A stretch of 64,000 nt of DNA, from assembly GCA_048128005.1 (NCBI GenBank), contig JBEUKZ010000054.1:1488001-1552000 (forward strand). The letters are read 5' to 3'. Below the pieces are notes generated by a model. That model ran no database searches. It was not told where the DNA came from and worked only from the letters and a program-made list of their open reading frames with translations. Origin of the DNA: Veleropilina oligotropha (taxonomy: Eukaryota). Numbering within the stretch: the first letter of the stretch is position 1; every line of letters begins with the position of its first letter. The translations under genes and the position numbers were made by a program. Below are positions 33,701 to 47,117 of the stretch, piece by piece.

Positions 33701-36700
33701 TGCTGGGGGTTCATGTCCCAGTGGTCGGCATCATTAATCCCTGCACACCACGACTGCTGGGGTTCATGTCCCAGTGGGCGGTATCATTAATCCCTGCACA
33801 CCACGACTGCTGGGGTTCATGTCCCAGTGGTCAGTATCATTAATCCCCGCACACCACGACTGCTGGGGTTAATGTCCCAGTGGTCGGTATCATTAATCCC
33901 TGCACACCACGACTGCTGGGGTTCATGTCCCAGTGGTCGGTATCATTAATCCCTGCACACCACGACTGTCGGGGGTTCATGTCCCAGTGGTCGGTATCAT
34001 TAATCCCTGCACACCATGACTGCTGGGGTTCATGTCCCAGTGGTCGGTATCATTAATCCCCCGCACACCATGACTGCTGGGGTTCATGTCGCAGTGGTTG
34101 GTATCATTAATCCCTGCACACCACGACTGCCAGGGGTTCATGTCCCAGTGGTCGGTATCATTAATCCCTACACACCACGACTGCTGGGGTTCATGTCCCA
34201 GTGGTCGATATCATTAATCCCTGCACACCACGACTGCCGGGGGTTCATGTCCCAGTGGTCGGTATCATTAATCCCTGCACACCACGACTGTCGGGGGTTC
34301 ATGTCCCAGTGGTCGGTATCATTAATCCCTGCACACCACGACTGTCGGGGGTTCATGTCCCAGTGGTCGGTATCATTAATCCCTGCACACCATGACTGCT
34401 GGGGTTCATGTCCCAGTGGTCGGTATCATTAATCCCTACACACCACGACTGTCGGGGGTTCATGTCCCAGTTGTCGGTATCATTAATCCCTGCACACCAC
34501 GACTGCCGGGGATTCATGTCCCAGTGGTCGGTATCATTAATCCCTGCACACCATGACTGCCACTGCCAGGGGTTCATGTCCCAGTGGTCGGTATCATTAA
34601 TCCCTGCACACCACGACTGCCGGGGTTCATGTCCCAGTGGTTGGTATCATTAATCCCTGCACACCACGACTGCTGGGGTTCATGTCCCAGTGGTCGGTAT
34701 CATTAATCCCTGCACACCACGACTGCCAGGGATTCATGTCCCAGTGGTCGGTATCATTAATCCCTGCACACCACGACTGCTGGGGTTCATGTCCCAGTGG
34801 TCGGTATCATTAATCCCTACACACCACGACTGTCGGGGGTTCATGTCCCAGTGGTCGGTATCATTAATCCCTGCACACCACGACTGTCGGGGGTTCATGT
34901 CCCAGTGGTCGGTATCATTAATCCCTGCACACCACGACTGCTGGGGTTCATGTCCCAGTGGTCGGTATCATTAATCCCTGCACACCATGACTGCCAGGGG
35001 TTCATGTCCCAGTGGTCGGTATCATTAATCCCTGCACACCACGACTGCCGGGGTTCATGTCCCAGTGGTTGGTATCATTAATCCCTGCATACCACGACTG
35101 CTGGGGTTCATGTCCCAGTGGTCGGTATCATTAATCCCTACACACCACGACTGCTGGGGTTCATGTCCCAGTGGTCGGTATCATTAATCCCTGCATACCA
35201 CGACTGCTGGGGTTCATGTCCCAGTGGTCGGTATCATTAATCCCTGCACACCACGACTGCCGGGGTTCATGTCCTAGTGGTCGGTATCATTAATCCCTGC
35301 ACACCATGACTGTCGGGGTTCATGTCCCAGTGGTCGGTATCATTAATCCCTGCACACCACGACTGTCAGGGGTTCATGTCCCAGTGGTCGGTATCATTAA
35401 TCCCCTGCACACCACGACTGCCAGGGGTTCATGTCCCAATGGTCGGTATCATTAATCCCTGCACACCATGACTGCTGGGGGTTCATGTCCCAGTGGTCGG
35501 TATCATTAATCCCTGCACATCACGACTGCCAGGGTTCATGTCCCAGTGGTCGGTATCATTAATCCCTGCACACCATGACTGCTGGGGGTTCATGTCCCAG
35601 TGGTTGGTATCATTAATCCCTGCACATCACGACTGCCAGGGTTCATGTCCCAGTGGTCGGTATCATTAATCCCTGCACACCATGACTGCTGGGGGTTTAT
35701 GTCCCAGTGGTCGGTATCATTAATCCCTGCACACCACGACTGCTGGGGGTTCATGTCCCAGTGGTCGGTATCATTAATCCCTGCATACCACGACTGCTGG
35801 GGTTCATGTCCCAGTGGTCGGTATCATTAATCCCTGCACATCACGACTGCTGGGGGTTCATGTCCCAGTGGTCGGTATCATTAATCCCTGCATACCACGA
35901 CTGCTGGGGTTCATGTCCCAGTGGTCGGTATCATTAATCCCTGCACATCACGACTGTCAGGGGTTCATGTCCCAGTGGTTGGTATCATTAATCCCTGCAC
36001 ACCACGACTGCTGGGGTTCATGTCCCAGTGGTCGGTATCATTAATCCCTGCACACCACGACTGCTGGGGTTCATGTCCCAGTGGTCGGTATCATTAATCC
36101 CTGCACACCATGACTGCCGGGGGTTCATGTCCCAGTGGTCGGTATCATTAATCCCTGCACATCACGACTGTCGGGGGTTCATGTCCCAGTGGTTGGTATC
36201 ATTAATCCCTGCATACCACGACTGCTGGTGGTTCATGTCCTAGTGGTCGGTATCATTAATCCCTGCACACCACGACTGCCGGGGTTAATGTCCCAGTGGT
36301 CGGTATCATTAATCCCTGCATACCACGACTGCTGGTGGTTCATGTCCCAGTGGTCGGTATCATTAATCCCCGCACACCACGACTGCTGGGGTTCATGTCC
36401 CAGTGGTCGGTATCATTAATCCCTACACACCACGACTGCCGGGGTTCATGTCCCAGTGGTCGGTATCATTAATCCCTACACACCACGACTGCTGGGGTTC
36501 ATGTCCCAGTGGTCGGTATCATTAATCCCTGCATACCACGACTGCCGGGGGTTCATGTCCCAGTGGTCGGTATCATTAATCCCTGCACATCACGACTGTC
36601 GGGGGTTCATGTCCCAGTGGTCGGTATCATTAATCCCTGCACACCATGACTGCTGGGGTTCATGTCCCAGTGGTCGGTATCATTAATCCCTGCACACCAC

Positions 36701-39041
36701 GACTGCTGGTGGTTCATGTCCTAGTGGTCGATATCATTAATCCCCACACACCACGACTGCTGGGGTTCATGTCCCAGTGGTCGGTATCATTAATCCCTGC
36801 ACACCACGACTGCCGGGGGTTCATGTCCCAGTGGTCGGTATCATTAATCCCCGCACACCACGACTGCTGGGGTTCATGTCCCAGTGGTCGGTATCATTAA
36901 TCCCTACACACCACGACTGCCGGGGTTCATGTCCCAGTGGTCGGTATGATTAATCCCTGCATACCACGACTGCTGGGGTTCATGTCCCAGTGGTCGGTAT
37001 CATTAATCCCTGCACACCACGACTGCCGGGGGTTCATGTCCCAGTGGTCGGTATCATTAATCCCCGCACACCACGACTGCTGGGGTTCATGTCCCAGTGG
37101 TCGGTATCATTAATCCCTGCACACCACGACTGCCGGGGTTCATGTCCTAGTGGTCGGTATCATTAATCCCTGCACACCATGACTGTCGGGGTTCATGTCC
37201 CAGTGGGCGGTATCATTAATCCCTGCACACCACGACTGCCGGGGTTCATGTCCCAGTGGTCGGTATCATTAATCCCTGCACACCACGACTGCTGGGGTTC
37301 ATGTCCCAGTGGTCGGTATCATTAATCCCTGAACACCACGACTGCTGGGGTTCATGTCCCAATGGTCGGTATCATTAATCCCTGCACACCACGACTGCTG
37401 GGGTTCATGTCCCAGTGGTCGGTATCATTAATCCCCGGCACACCACGACTGCCGGGGTTCATGTCCCAGTGGTCGGTATCATTAATCCCTGCACACCACG
37501 ACTGCCAGGGGTTCATGTCCTAGTGGTCGGTATCATTAATCCCTACACACCACGACTGCTGGGGTTCATGTCCCAGTGGTCGGTATCATTAATCCCTGCA
37601 TACCACGACTGCCGGGGGTTCATGTCCCAGTGGTCGGTATCATTAATCCCTGCACACCACGACTGCTGGGGTTCATGTCCCAGTGGTCGGTATCATTAAT
37701 CCCTACACACCACGACTGCTGGGGTTCATGTCCCAGTGGTCGGTATCATTAATCCCTGCACACCACGACTGCTGGGGTTCATGTCCCAGTGGTCGGTATC
37801 ATTAATCCCTGCACACCACGACTGCCGGGGGTTCATGTCCCAGTGGTCGGTATCATTAATCCCTGCACACCACGACTGCTGGGGTTCATGTCCCAGTGGT
37901 CGGTATCATTAATCCCTACACACCACGACTGCTGGGGTTCATGTCCCAGTGGTCGGTATCATTAATCCCTGCACACCACGACTGCTGGGGTTCATGTCCC
38001 AGTGGTCGGTATCATTAATCTCTGCACACCATGACTGCCGGGGTTCATGTCCCAGTGGTCGGTATCATTAATCCCTGCACACCATGACTGCCGGGGGTTC
38101 ATGTCCCAGTGGTCGGTATCATTAATCCCTGCACACCACGACTGCTGGGGTTCATGTCCCAGTGGTCGGTATCATTAATCTCTGCACACCATGACTGCCG
38201 GGGTTCATGTCCCAGTGGTCGGTATCATTAATCCCTGCACACCATGACTGCCGGGGGTTCATGTCCCAGTGGTCGGTATCATTAATCCCTGCACACCACG
38301 ACTGCTGGGGTTCATGTCCCAGTGGTCGGTATCATTAATCCCTACACACCACGACTGCTGGGGTTCATGTCCCAGTGGTCGGTATCATTAATCCCTGCAC
38401 ACCACGACTGCTGGGGTTCATGTCCCAGTGGTCGGTATCATTAATCCCTGCACACCACGACTGCCGGGGGTTCATGTCCCAGTGGTCGGTATCATTAATC
38501 TCTGCACACCATGACTGCCGGGGTTCATGTCCCAGTGGTCGGTATCATTAATCCCTGCACACCATGACTGCCGGGGGTTCATGTCCCAGTGGTCGGTATC
38601 ATTAATCCCTGCACACCACGACTGCTGGGGTTCATGTCCCAGTGGTCGGTATCATTAATCCCTGCACACCACGACTGCTGGGGTTCATGTCCCAGTGGTC
38701 GGTATCATTAATCCCTGCACACCACGACTGCCGGGGGTTCATGTCCCAGTGGTCGGTATCATTAATCTCTGCACACCATGACTGCCGGGGTTCATGTCCC
38801 AGTGGTCGGTATCATTAATCCCTGCACACCATGACTGCCGGGGGTTCATGTCCCAGTGGTCGGTATCATTAATCCCTGCACACCACGACTGCTGGGGTTC
38901 ATGTCCCAGTGGTCGGTATCATTAATCTCTGCACACCATGACTGCCGGGGTTCATGTCCCAGTGGTCGGTATCATTAATCCCTGCACACCATGACTGCCG
39001 GGGGTTCATGTCCCAGTGGTCGGTATCATTAATCCCTGCAC
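27753..39041. repeat. Large tandem satellite, 53-54-bp unit, roughly 210 copies
   Basis: Consensus GTCCCAGTGGTCGGTATCATTAATCCCTGCACACCACGACTGCYGGGG(G)TTCAT repeated head-to-tail without spacers. Confidence 0.98.
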
Positions 39042-41789
39042 TCAGAGTGTTAGCCAGGATTTTGTTATAGGGAGTCTCACTTAATTATATTTCACTCGGT
39101 TCAAATGTCTTTTTAACAGGTTTAATTTGTAATAGTAGCTGATATATGTATAGAAGAATCCGAAGTTTTATATAATAGCCTATTATATGGTCCAAATGTA
39201 CTGAAATATTTTAGCATATATCTACAATTTACTAATCATTCATGCATAAATTATTTTCCAAAACTATTTGGATTCTGCATACTCTCTAACATTTCTTGAT
39301 AATCCTGGAAGCCAACTATATGTACGTGTACATTATATTCCACGGGATGTGTGCTATCCATCTCAAAACGTTTGATTATAGTACTGATAATGAAATAATA
39401 ATGCCACATATAGTGACAAGGTTCAGAAATTATACATTGCCATATGAGTCATATATTAGGTAGTATTTCAACATTTAATAATTGAAGTTATCCATGATTA
39501 AATGTATCTATGAAAGCTAAAATGTACATTTTATAACTATAAGTTATTTCAATAAAATTACTTCTTGATTATCAGATTATATTTTACTATTAATCAATAC
39601 CTTTGCTGTCATATTAATACAAGCAGAAGTGAAATTTCCTTTCAGTCCGTTACCTTGGTTTCTAAACAGCCAGTTTGGAGCAAATCTTAAAACTTTAAAT
39701 CAAATTCATTTCAAAAAGCCATTCCACTTTGGAGTCTATTCTTGTTTTTCAGAGAACTTTCAATTTGAACCAGTTCAGCGTTTTATTTATAGACAATAGA
39801 AATAGCATTTTCAAAAACTCAGTTTCTGTCTACCACAATGCACCCATGACACAGGAAGTAATGAAAATTGATGCACACGAGGGATGGTTTGACAGAAAAG
39901 CGCCTTCAAGATACATGCTGAAGTTAAGTTAATAAAAAGGCAATTTATAACTTTTTTGGAATACATGAATAATGTTTAAAAGAAATTGTAATCTTATGAA
40001 GTTGTTTCAAGTTAGAAATGATGTTTGACAACAATGTTGCACACATTTACTTGTAATTTTTCACTGACCGTCTTTAGTGTAACAGCCCGTTTATATTTTG
40101 GATACATAGGTTGCAGATGACGTCACGCAGTCCCATAATTATGTGCGCTGCGCCATTACAGAAGGAAAGGAATAACACGAGGGATATAAGATTACAGTAT
40201 AAATCGATTCAATTATATGAAAATAAATTATAAAGATAGAAATTCACGGAAGCGTTCTGACGGTACTTTCAATATATTAAATATATATTGTCGTTTGGGT
40301 TAGAATTGGTTTAGTTCATACAACAACAGCAGAGCCTTCGTCATTTAAATTAAATAACTGGTCCAATTTTAGGCTATTAATGAAGCCTAGCCATAGCTAA
40401 AATTTCATTTGAATCTTACAATTAGCCTTATAAATACCTTTTGTGTTCTTTATTCAACTGTCGACGGTAACAATAGCGTTGAACATCCATCGCATTGAAA
40501 TAAAATCAGACCGCCATCTCAAAGTTTGATACATTGATTCATATTGTTTTAAAACGCAAAAGTAGGCGCCTACGTTAGTCCCTTTGATCGGACATGTTGT
40601 CCATTGTAACGTGAAAGCAATTTTCGCATTCAGAGTATATTTGGGTATTTATATATTTAATCGAAAATTCGAGCTTATAATTTATTTCGTACTTGCCTCG
40701 GCTCTATGCATATGGCGACTGCTAGGGAACAAACACATACGCGCAGTGATATAGCTGTGGATTTTCCAAACATGTGCGACACGTTAAGCTTAGTAGTCTT
40801 TTTCAAAAAACAAAGTAAAAATAAAAGCTTTAATGTGTTACCATTGGAAGTGTAGGTATACAGCAAATTTTTGTTTAATTTTATAAACTTTGAAAGACAG
40901 ACATTAGATCAAGAACTATATTTTATTGCGGAACGTTCAAATTGCGCAAGCTGGTTATTTAAGTCAAATGGTGTTTGTAGCCTAGATGTGTTTACAAGAA
41001 ACAATGGGTCTGCCGCACAAACAAAATGCTACCTATTTATCAGCTTGGCAATGACATCCTGTGGTCTCAATTGAATTATCAACAAGTCTTGTCAAGACAA
41101 TAACCATTGAAAATAACAATTAGCAAGCACTGCAGCTGGGTACTAAAGAACGACGTGCGATGCATGCGCACTTTGACTTTCAAGTCGGGGAAACATTCAA
41201 TTAATCCGTTAAAAGACAAAACGTACGTACTATAATAGGCTTACTACATTTAGTAATATACATACGATAATTTATTGACAATTTATATAATGTAGGAACT
41301 AATTAACTCAAGTCAGTAACACTAACAGTATAGCTTATTACATGAATATTTACTTTATTCGCCGCATTTGTTTTTCTGCGATTGCGATATCAAACGTAAC
41401 AACTTTCCGTAAGAACAGCAACTCGTGAATATTCAAAAACTAAATGAATGCTCCTTCACACGTATTTTATTTTACGTATTGACCAGTATTCATTTGATTG
41501 ACTGCTACGAGTGTTTGCCTTCCGCGATGGCGGACGACTCGGTGATCACGTGGTTTTGGTCACGTGTCTGCAACCTATGTATAGGCCGTCGCAAAGACGG
41601 CCAGACGGCTCGCTGGCTAATACTATGCCTGCACACCACTGTAGTTACTTTATTGAAATTTAGTATTTTTCGCAACGGGCCGTGATTTTCACCATTAGAA
41701 TATTCTGTGGTGAGAAATATTGGCTCAGCCGTTAGAGTCTGATTAGGAACAATAGCAGGCTCTAACGTTGTTGGAGTAGTCCCAAGCCG

Positions 41790-42700
41790 GCCTGTGTTGT
41801 GATACATGTTCCATTTGGTCACATCGCAAGTGTGTAGATATACCCCTGGCGGAATACCGACGACTCGGGAAATCTGACGAGGAGTGGTTTTGTTTGCGAT
41901 GTATCATGCCAGCCTTCTCGGACTCTTTCTTCAACATTTCGGGTGATACCACGAGTGTCTCTGGTGGATGCGACGACAGTGATGCCATCGACCCAAGCCT
42001 TCCTGAACAGGTACAGATTAACCCTCTACTCTATCAACCGATGAAAAAAAAAGGTCTGAACTTTATCCATATAAACACTCGCAGTCTCCTTCCCAAATTG
42101 GATGAGCTTCGCATCATCGCAAAGGAGACTAGGGCAACAGTGATCGGAGTTACTGAAACATGGCTCGACCAATCAGTTTACAACGCCGAGATAGACATTC
42201 CTGGATACCACTTCCTGCGCAAGGATCGAAACCGTGAGGGAGGAGGCGTAGGAGCCTACATCCGTTCAGACATTACACTTAATTGTCGGACTGATTTGGA
42301 ATCGGACATCGAGTCAGTGTGGTTCGAACTGTTGTTACCTAAAACGAAACCAATCATCGTTGGTATTTGCTATCGAGCCCCTAAACAGATGGACTTTTTT
42401 GACAGTCTTGAAGAATCATGTTTATCTTGTGATAATTTTGCAAGTAGTGAATGTATAATCATGGGGGATTTTAATACCGATGTTAAATCGAAGATCAATA
42501 ATAATCTCCGTAAAGGTTTAGAACACTTCATATTAACCTTTAACCTTACTCAAGTGATAAAAAATCCAACTAGGATTACCCCAACCACATCCACCATTCT
42601 AGATCTAATCATTGTGTCTGATGCAAACAAAATCTCTAACAGTGGTGTGTCTTCTTTAGCAGTAAGCGACCATTTACTAGTATATTGTACCAGGAAATGT
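41790..42700 (+). pseudogene. LINE PHD finger remnant + apurinic endonuclease domain
   Basis: GLCCDTCSIWSHRKC...WFCLRC; HINTRSL, VTETWL, GGGVG, MGDFN, LDLI, SDH motifs. Confidence 0.9.
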
Positions 42701-43055
42701 AAACAAGAACGACGCGTTCGAAATATGTCTTGACCTTTCTTTATTTCCCTCAAATTTTCATAACAGTGAATACAATGGCTAAGTGCAAGTACTTCATGGC
42801 TGAATTTACTACCCCGTCGAATGTGACGTCACCCAAATGACGATTAATCTAAAGCGACGTCATAATGACGTCATTGCTATTTGCTTGCAATGTTAGACAT
42901 CAGTTACATACGAATATGGATAAAAGTGTTCAATAAATGCATATTTTTGCAAAATTGTGTCGCGAAAGTTATATACACGACCTACAAATACTCTTGGGAA
43001 TGTGTGTACCAATTTTGGTGAAAATTGAGCGGGTAGTTTTCAAATAAATCGACGG

Positions 43056-43109
<54 letters not shown>

Positions 43110-43171
43110 GTATATACACACGGACCATTTGATAATGTCTTGTCCTTTTTTACAAAAAGGTCAAGACATAA
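42701..43171. mobile_element. Non-autonomous Helentron-associated (HINE/DINE-1-like) insertion in the LINE
   Basis: Subterminal ATGTCTTGACC (42725), (TA)n tract, 3' stem-loop ATGTCTTGTCCTTTTT...AAAAAGGTCAAGACAT; inserted in an A-run. Confidence 0.75.
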
Positions 43172-44658
43172 AAAACAACCACCAACTTTCATACATGTAA
43201 AAAGCTTAGGTGTATGAAAAATTACACAACCGAGTTGTTTGAAACCAAACTCCAGCAACAGGACTGGCATGCTGTAACTAGTTGCCAGTCAGTGGAAGGA
43301 GCTTGGGAAGTGTTCAAAGCTAAATTTATTGCTATCCTAGATCAAGTTGCACCTGTTAAATCTATCCGTATTAAAAATAACTCTGATCCATGGATCACAG
43401 GTGAAATAGCTCATTTGGTAAACGAAAAAAACAAGGCGTCACATAAATTTGTTAAGACTAAAGATCCAGTGTGGCATGAAAAATTTAGATATTTACGAAA
43501 TCAAGTTCAATCTAAGATAAATAAGGCTAAATCTGATTACTATAAAAATAAGGTAGATGAATATAAAAATCAACCTAAAAAACTATGGAAATTACTTGGT
43601 AGTCTGGGGTTCTCCGACTCAAAACCCAAACCCCAGAATATTGGTCTAAACAACAATGGCTCAGTAACTTACGATAATTTGGAAGTCGCCAATATCTTCA
43701 ATGAATATTTTTCTACTATTGCCTCAAATTTAGTCGATCAACTGCCTCCCAGTTCAGGGAAATATGGTCCCGAACATATAGAAAACTTTTATAAGGGTAA
43801 AAATGTTCAACCAAACGGATTTTGTTTGTTTGAGGTGACTGAAGATGATGTTTTGGGCCATTTAAAATCTCTAAATTCGAACAAGGCTACGGGTCTTGAT
43901 AATTTACCTTCAAGATTTCTAAAAGATGGTGCCAAATTCATTTCTAGTCCTTTAAGCTATATTATAAATTTGTCTCTATCTAGTGGAGAAATTCCAAATG
44001 ATCTGAAAGCCGCTAGAATTACCCCTATCTTTAAGAAGAATGCCAAGACAGAAGCGGGCAACTACAGACCAATCTCAATTTTAAGCATTATTTCTAAAGT
44101 GTTCGAGAAAATAGTATTCAAACAAGTAAATCGGTACTTGAATGATAACAAACTCCTATATGAGTTTCAGTCAGGATTTAGATCTCAATATTCCACTGAC
44201 ACTAGCTTAGTACATTTATTGGACCATATTAAGTTTGAGCAAGACAAAGGTAATTACACAGGAATGACTCTCTTAGACCTTCAAAAGGCCTTTGATACAG
44301 TGGATCATAGTATTCTTCTAATAAAGTTAAAGGCCGTGGGTTTTAATGAGCCAACTATTAAATGGTTCAAATCTTACCTAAAGGGAAGGCTACAGACAGT
44401 AGATATAGGGGGCACCCTATCTTCTCCATCTATAGTCACGTGTGGGGTCCCACAGGGTTCCATACTGGGTCCACTCCTATTCCTCATATATATTAATGAT
44501 ATGCCTGCAGCAGTTAACTGCAAGTTGCTGCTGTATGCAGATGACTCTGCTTTATTAGTATCTGGTAAAAATGTAATAGACATTCAGCAAACCCTGTCAT
44601 CCCAACTAGATTCAGTGAGAGAATGGCTAATAGACAACAAGCTGTCTCTCCATCTTGG
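43172..44658 (+). pseudogene. LINE reverse transcriptase, N-terminal and central part
   Basis: NYRPIS, QSGFR, LDLQKAFDTV, GVPQGSILGP, YADD. Confidence 0.95.
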
Positions 44659-45499
44659 CAGGCATGTGATGTAATATTTTCTATGGTAACCTACCGTAGG
44701 TCTCGCAAAATTCCTCATGGTAACCTACCAGTGGGTTACGCAAATTAAAAGTAGGTAACCCATGGGTTACCTATGGTAACCTACCAATAACAAATTTAAA
44801 AATTTCATTCATATTTGTCTTTGCATTCATTAGCTGTTGTTCAGTAATGAATAATACATATTAAAATACATATTTTTCATTTAAAAAAAAACCAATTATT
44901 ATATTTATGAATGTTGGAAAAAACTCATTTTTTAAATAAATTTATACTAAAAATATGAATTTTATTTTGTTACATTAATTATCACTAATTAGTTTACAGC
45001 AAATCTTTGTCAAATTTTTAAAATATGAATAATTTCCTTTTTTACTTGTCTGATAGTAGTTAAGTGTAGAACTCAGTTTTTCCGTTACATACTAACGATG
45101 ATACATTATCATAAGAACTGAAAGGAACTCAGTTTTCATACCATACAAATTGGGTGCTCCCATGAAAAGAGGAAAATAATAAATGAATAAAATTAATGGC
45201 GGTTGAAGCACACGAGGTGTCGATGACATGTTAGAGATTTCGCAGACGCATTTGCTCTAGTGAAGCTACTGAACTGGACTAAAGGTACAAACTTTTCATT
45301 AATAAAGTGACATTGTTGACAGAGAAATATGAATAATAGTTAAAATGAAAGTTATACAGTCATCTGAAATGTGCCTTGTGCATTTTTTAGGCGAACGAAC
45401 TATGTTTATTATGGTAACCTACTACAGGTCGCCTAAAATCAGTTTTGCGTAACCTCCCCGCGAACGCGTTCAGCCGTTCGCCATAACATCGCACGCTTG
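44659..45499. mobile_element. Non-autonomous DNA transposon with 5-bp TSD inserted in the LINE RT
   Basis: TSD CTTGG (44654-44658 and 45500-45504); imperfect TIRs CAGGCATGTGATGT / ACATCGCACGCTTG; subterminal GGTAACCTAC repeats. Confidence 0.85.
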
Positions 45500-46240
45500 C
45501 TTGGTAAAACAGAATCAATCCTATTTGGATCAAAAAAACGACTCCAGGTTAACGACACTATCGATGTTGCCTGCGCAGGTAATATTATCACCAGTAAGGC
45601 GTGCGTAAAGTACATAGGCCTGGAACTTGATCAGTCCCTATCTGGTGATCAAATAGCAGAAAAAGTCATCAGTAAATCCAATGCAAAACTGAAGTTTCTT
45701 TATCGTCAGGCAAAACATTCCAATTTTCGAACAAAAAGGCAACTTACATCAGCTTTAATACAGTGTCACATGGATTATGCCAGCTCAGCCTGGTATTCTG
45801 GTCTTAACAAATCAAATCAGAGGAGGCTGCAGATTATGCAGAATAAAATCATACGATATCTTCTCAATGCTCCTCCCAGAACACATGTAGGTCCTGTAGA
45901 ATTTAGGCAGGTCAATATGTTGCCAGTGGAACTTAGAGTCCAGAAACTGAAACTAAATCAAATGTATAATGTCATCAACAATAAGGCCCCTGCATATCTG
46001 ATAGCTTCTTTCAAATTAAACTATACTCGCCATAACACAAGATCTAGTACCAGGTCTTTGGTCATCCCCCAAGTTAAGTCCTTCGGAGCTACATCATTTA
46101 TATTTACCGGGATAAAACGGTGGAACAGCCTCCCAAGTTATATCAAGGAGCTGGAATCAAGAGACTTTTAAATTCAGGGTAAAACAATTTTTATTTGATC
46201 GAATGGCCCAGCAAGATGAAAATCAATATATGTATTATTA
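45500..46240 (+). pseudogene. LINE RT C-terminal part
   Basis: LGKTESILFGS...KYIG...DYASSAW...WNSLP; apparent frameshift near 46168. Confidence 0.88.
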
Positions 46241-47029
46241 ATACTTTATTCACTTGCAATCAAAATTGGTCATATATGCTGTCTGTGATATATTTATGAG
46301 TACTAGTCTAATTTTATTTAAGAGACAAATTTTTATTCATATCCGTTCACCTATTTTTGTCTATTCTTGTTTGTAATACGTTAATGGGCCACAATGGAAA
46401 CAAGTGTAAATTATCACTTTTTTGTGTTACCCTGTAACCTTAATGTATCTATTTGTATAGTATTGTACTGATATATATATTATTCTTACGAATAAACCAA
46501 ATCAAAAAAAAAATACATGGACCGGTGCTATACCATGGGCCACACTATCCAAACCACAAGCGCATCCATCATTCAATCATAAATTCCTGTTACTGTATAA
46601 TCCATTGTTTCATATAGGGCAATTTAATGTTTCTTATATTATACACTTAAATTTATGAACATATAAGTGAAAGTTTTACGTCCATCAGTAAGTCTAGATG
46701 AGATCAGACGATCCGACATCTGATCATGTCGTACCATATTTTCTCTAGGCAATTGATTAACAAATTCGATACTAGTCTAGCACACTCGTTATACTTACAG
46801 CCTTATTTAAAACTAAGGTATGATATCAAACATTGTTTACAGCACGAGGAAAATCACAAACTTCTTCAATGATTCATAACATTTGTTTTCTAACACGCAA
46901 CGTAATGGTGGTCCGTTCTATTTGGCAACCTTGACCTTTAGTGGCCTATCCCTAGGTGGCGCTGTGAATCTGCACTTACTCGGACAATATCGTGACTATT
47001 CGGAAAATCTCGATCATCGGCGGTGCTTG

Positions 47030-47117
47030 CGCCAATCGGACGATGTCACCAATTTATGTGTAAATATTTCGGTGACGTTTACGCAGGAAGTACCGAAGTC
47101 TGAAGTTTGTTAGCAAC
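47030..47117 (+). promoter_or_regulatory. Putative promoter of the LRRC74-like gene (CCAAT, ETS-like, RFX X-box-like)
   Basis: GCCAATC at about 47030, CAGGAAGT at about 47083, GTTTGTTAGCAAC at 47105-47117, and a downstream GTAAGT donor at 47279. Confidence 0.4.

Larger units (their letters stand above)
41525..46512 (+). mobile_element. Non-LTR retrotransposon (L2/Crack/CR1 group), disrupted
   Basis: PHD remnant, AP endonuclease and RT in one orientation; 3' AATAAACCAAATC-A-tail at 46491-46512. The 5' boundary is approximate. Confidence 0.9.

Noticed and set aside
27753..39041. CRISPR array or repetitive protein-coding ORFs (MVGIINPC..., MSQWSVSLIP...)
   Set aside because: No unique spacers and no cas genes; the ORFs are frame-shifting by-products of 53/54-bp units.
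27753..39041. Hammerhead-ribozyme satellite or retrozyme
   Set aside because: Neither strand of the unit contains the CTGANGA...GAAA core.
39043..39080. hAT-like terminus CAGAGTGTTAGCCAGG abutting the satellite end
   Set aside because: No matching opposite TIR or TSD found in the window.
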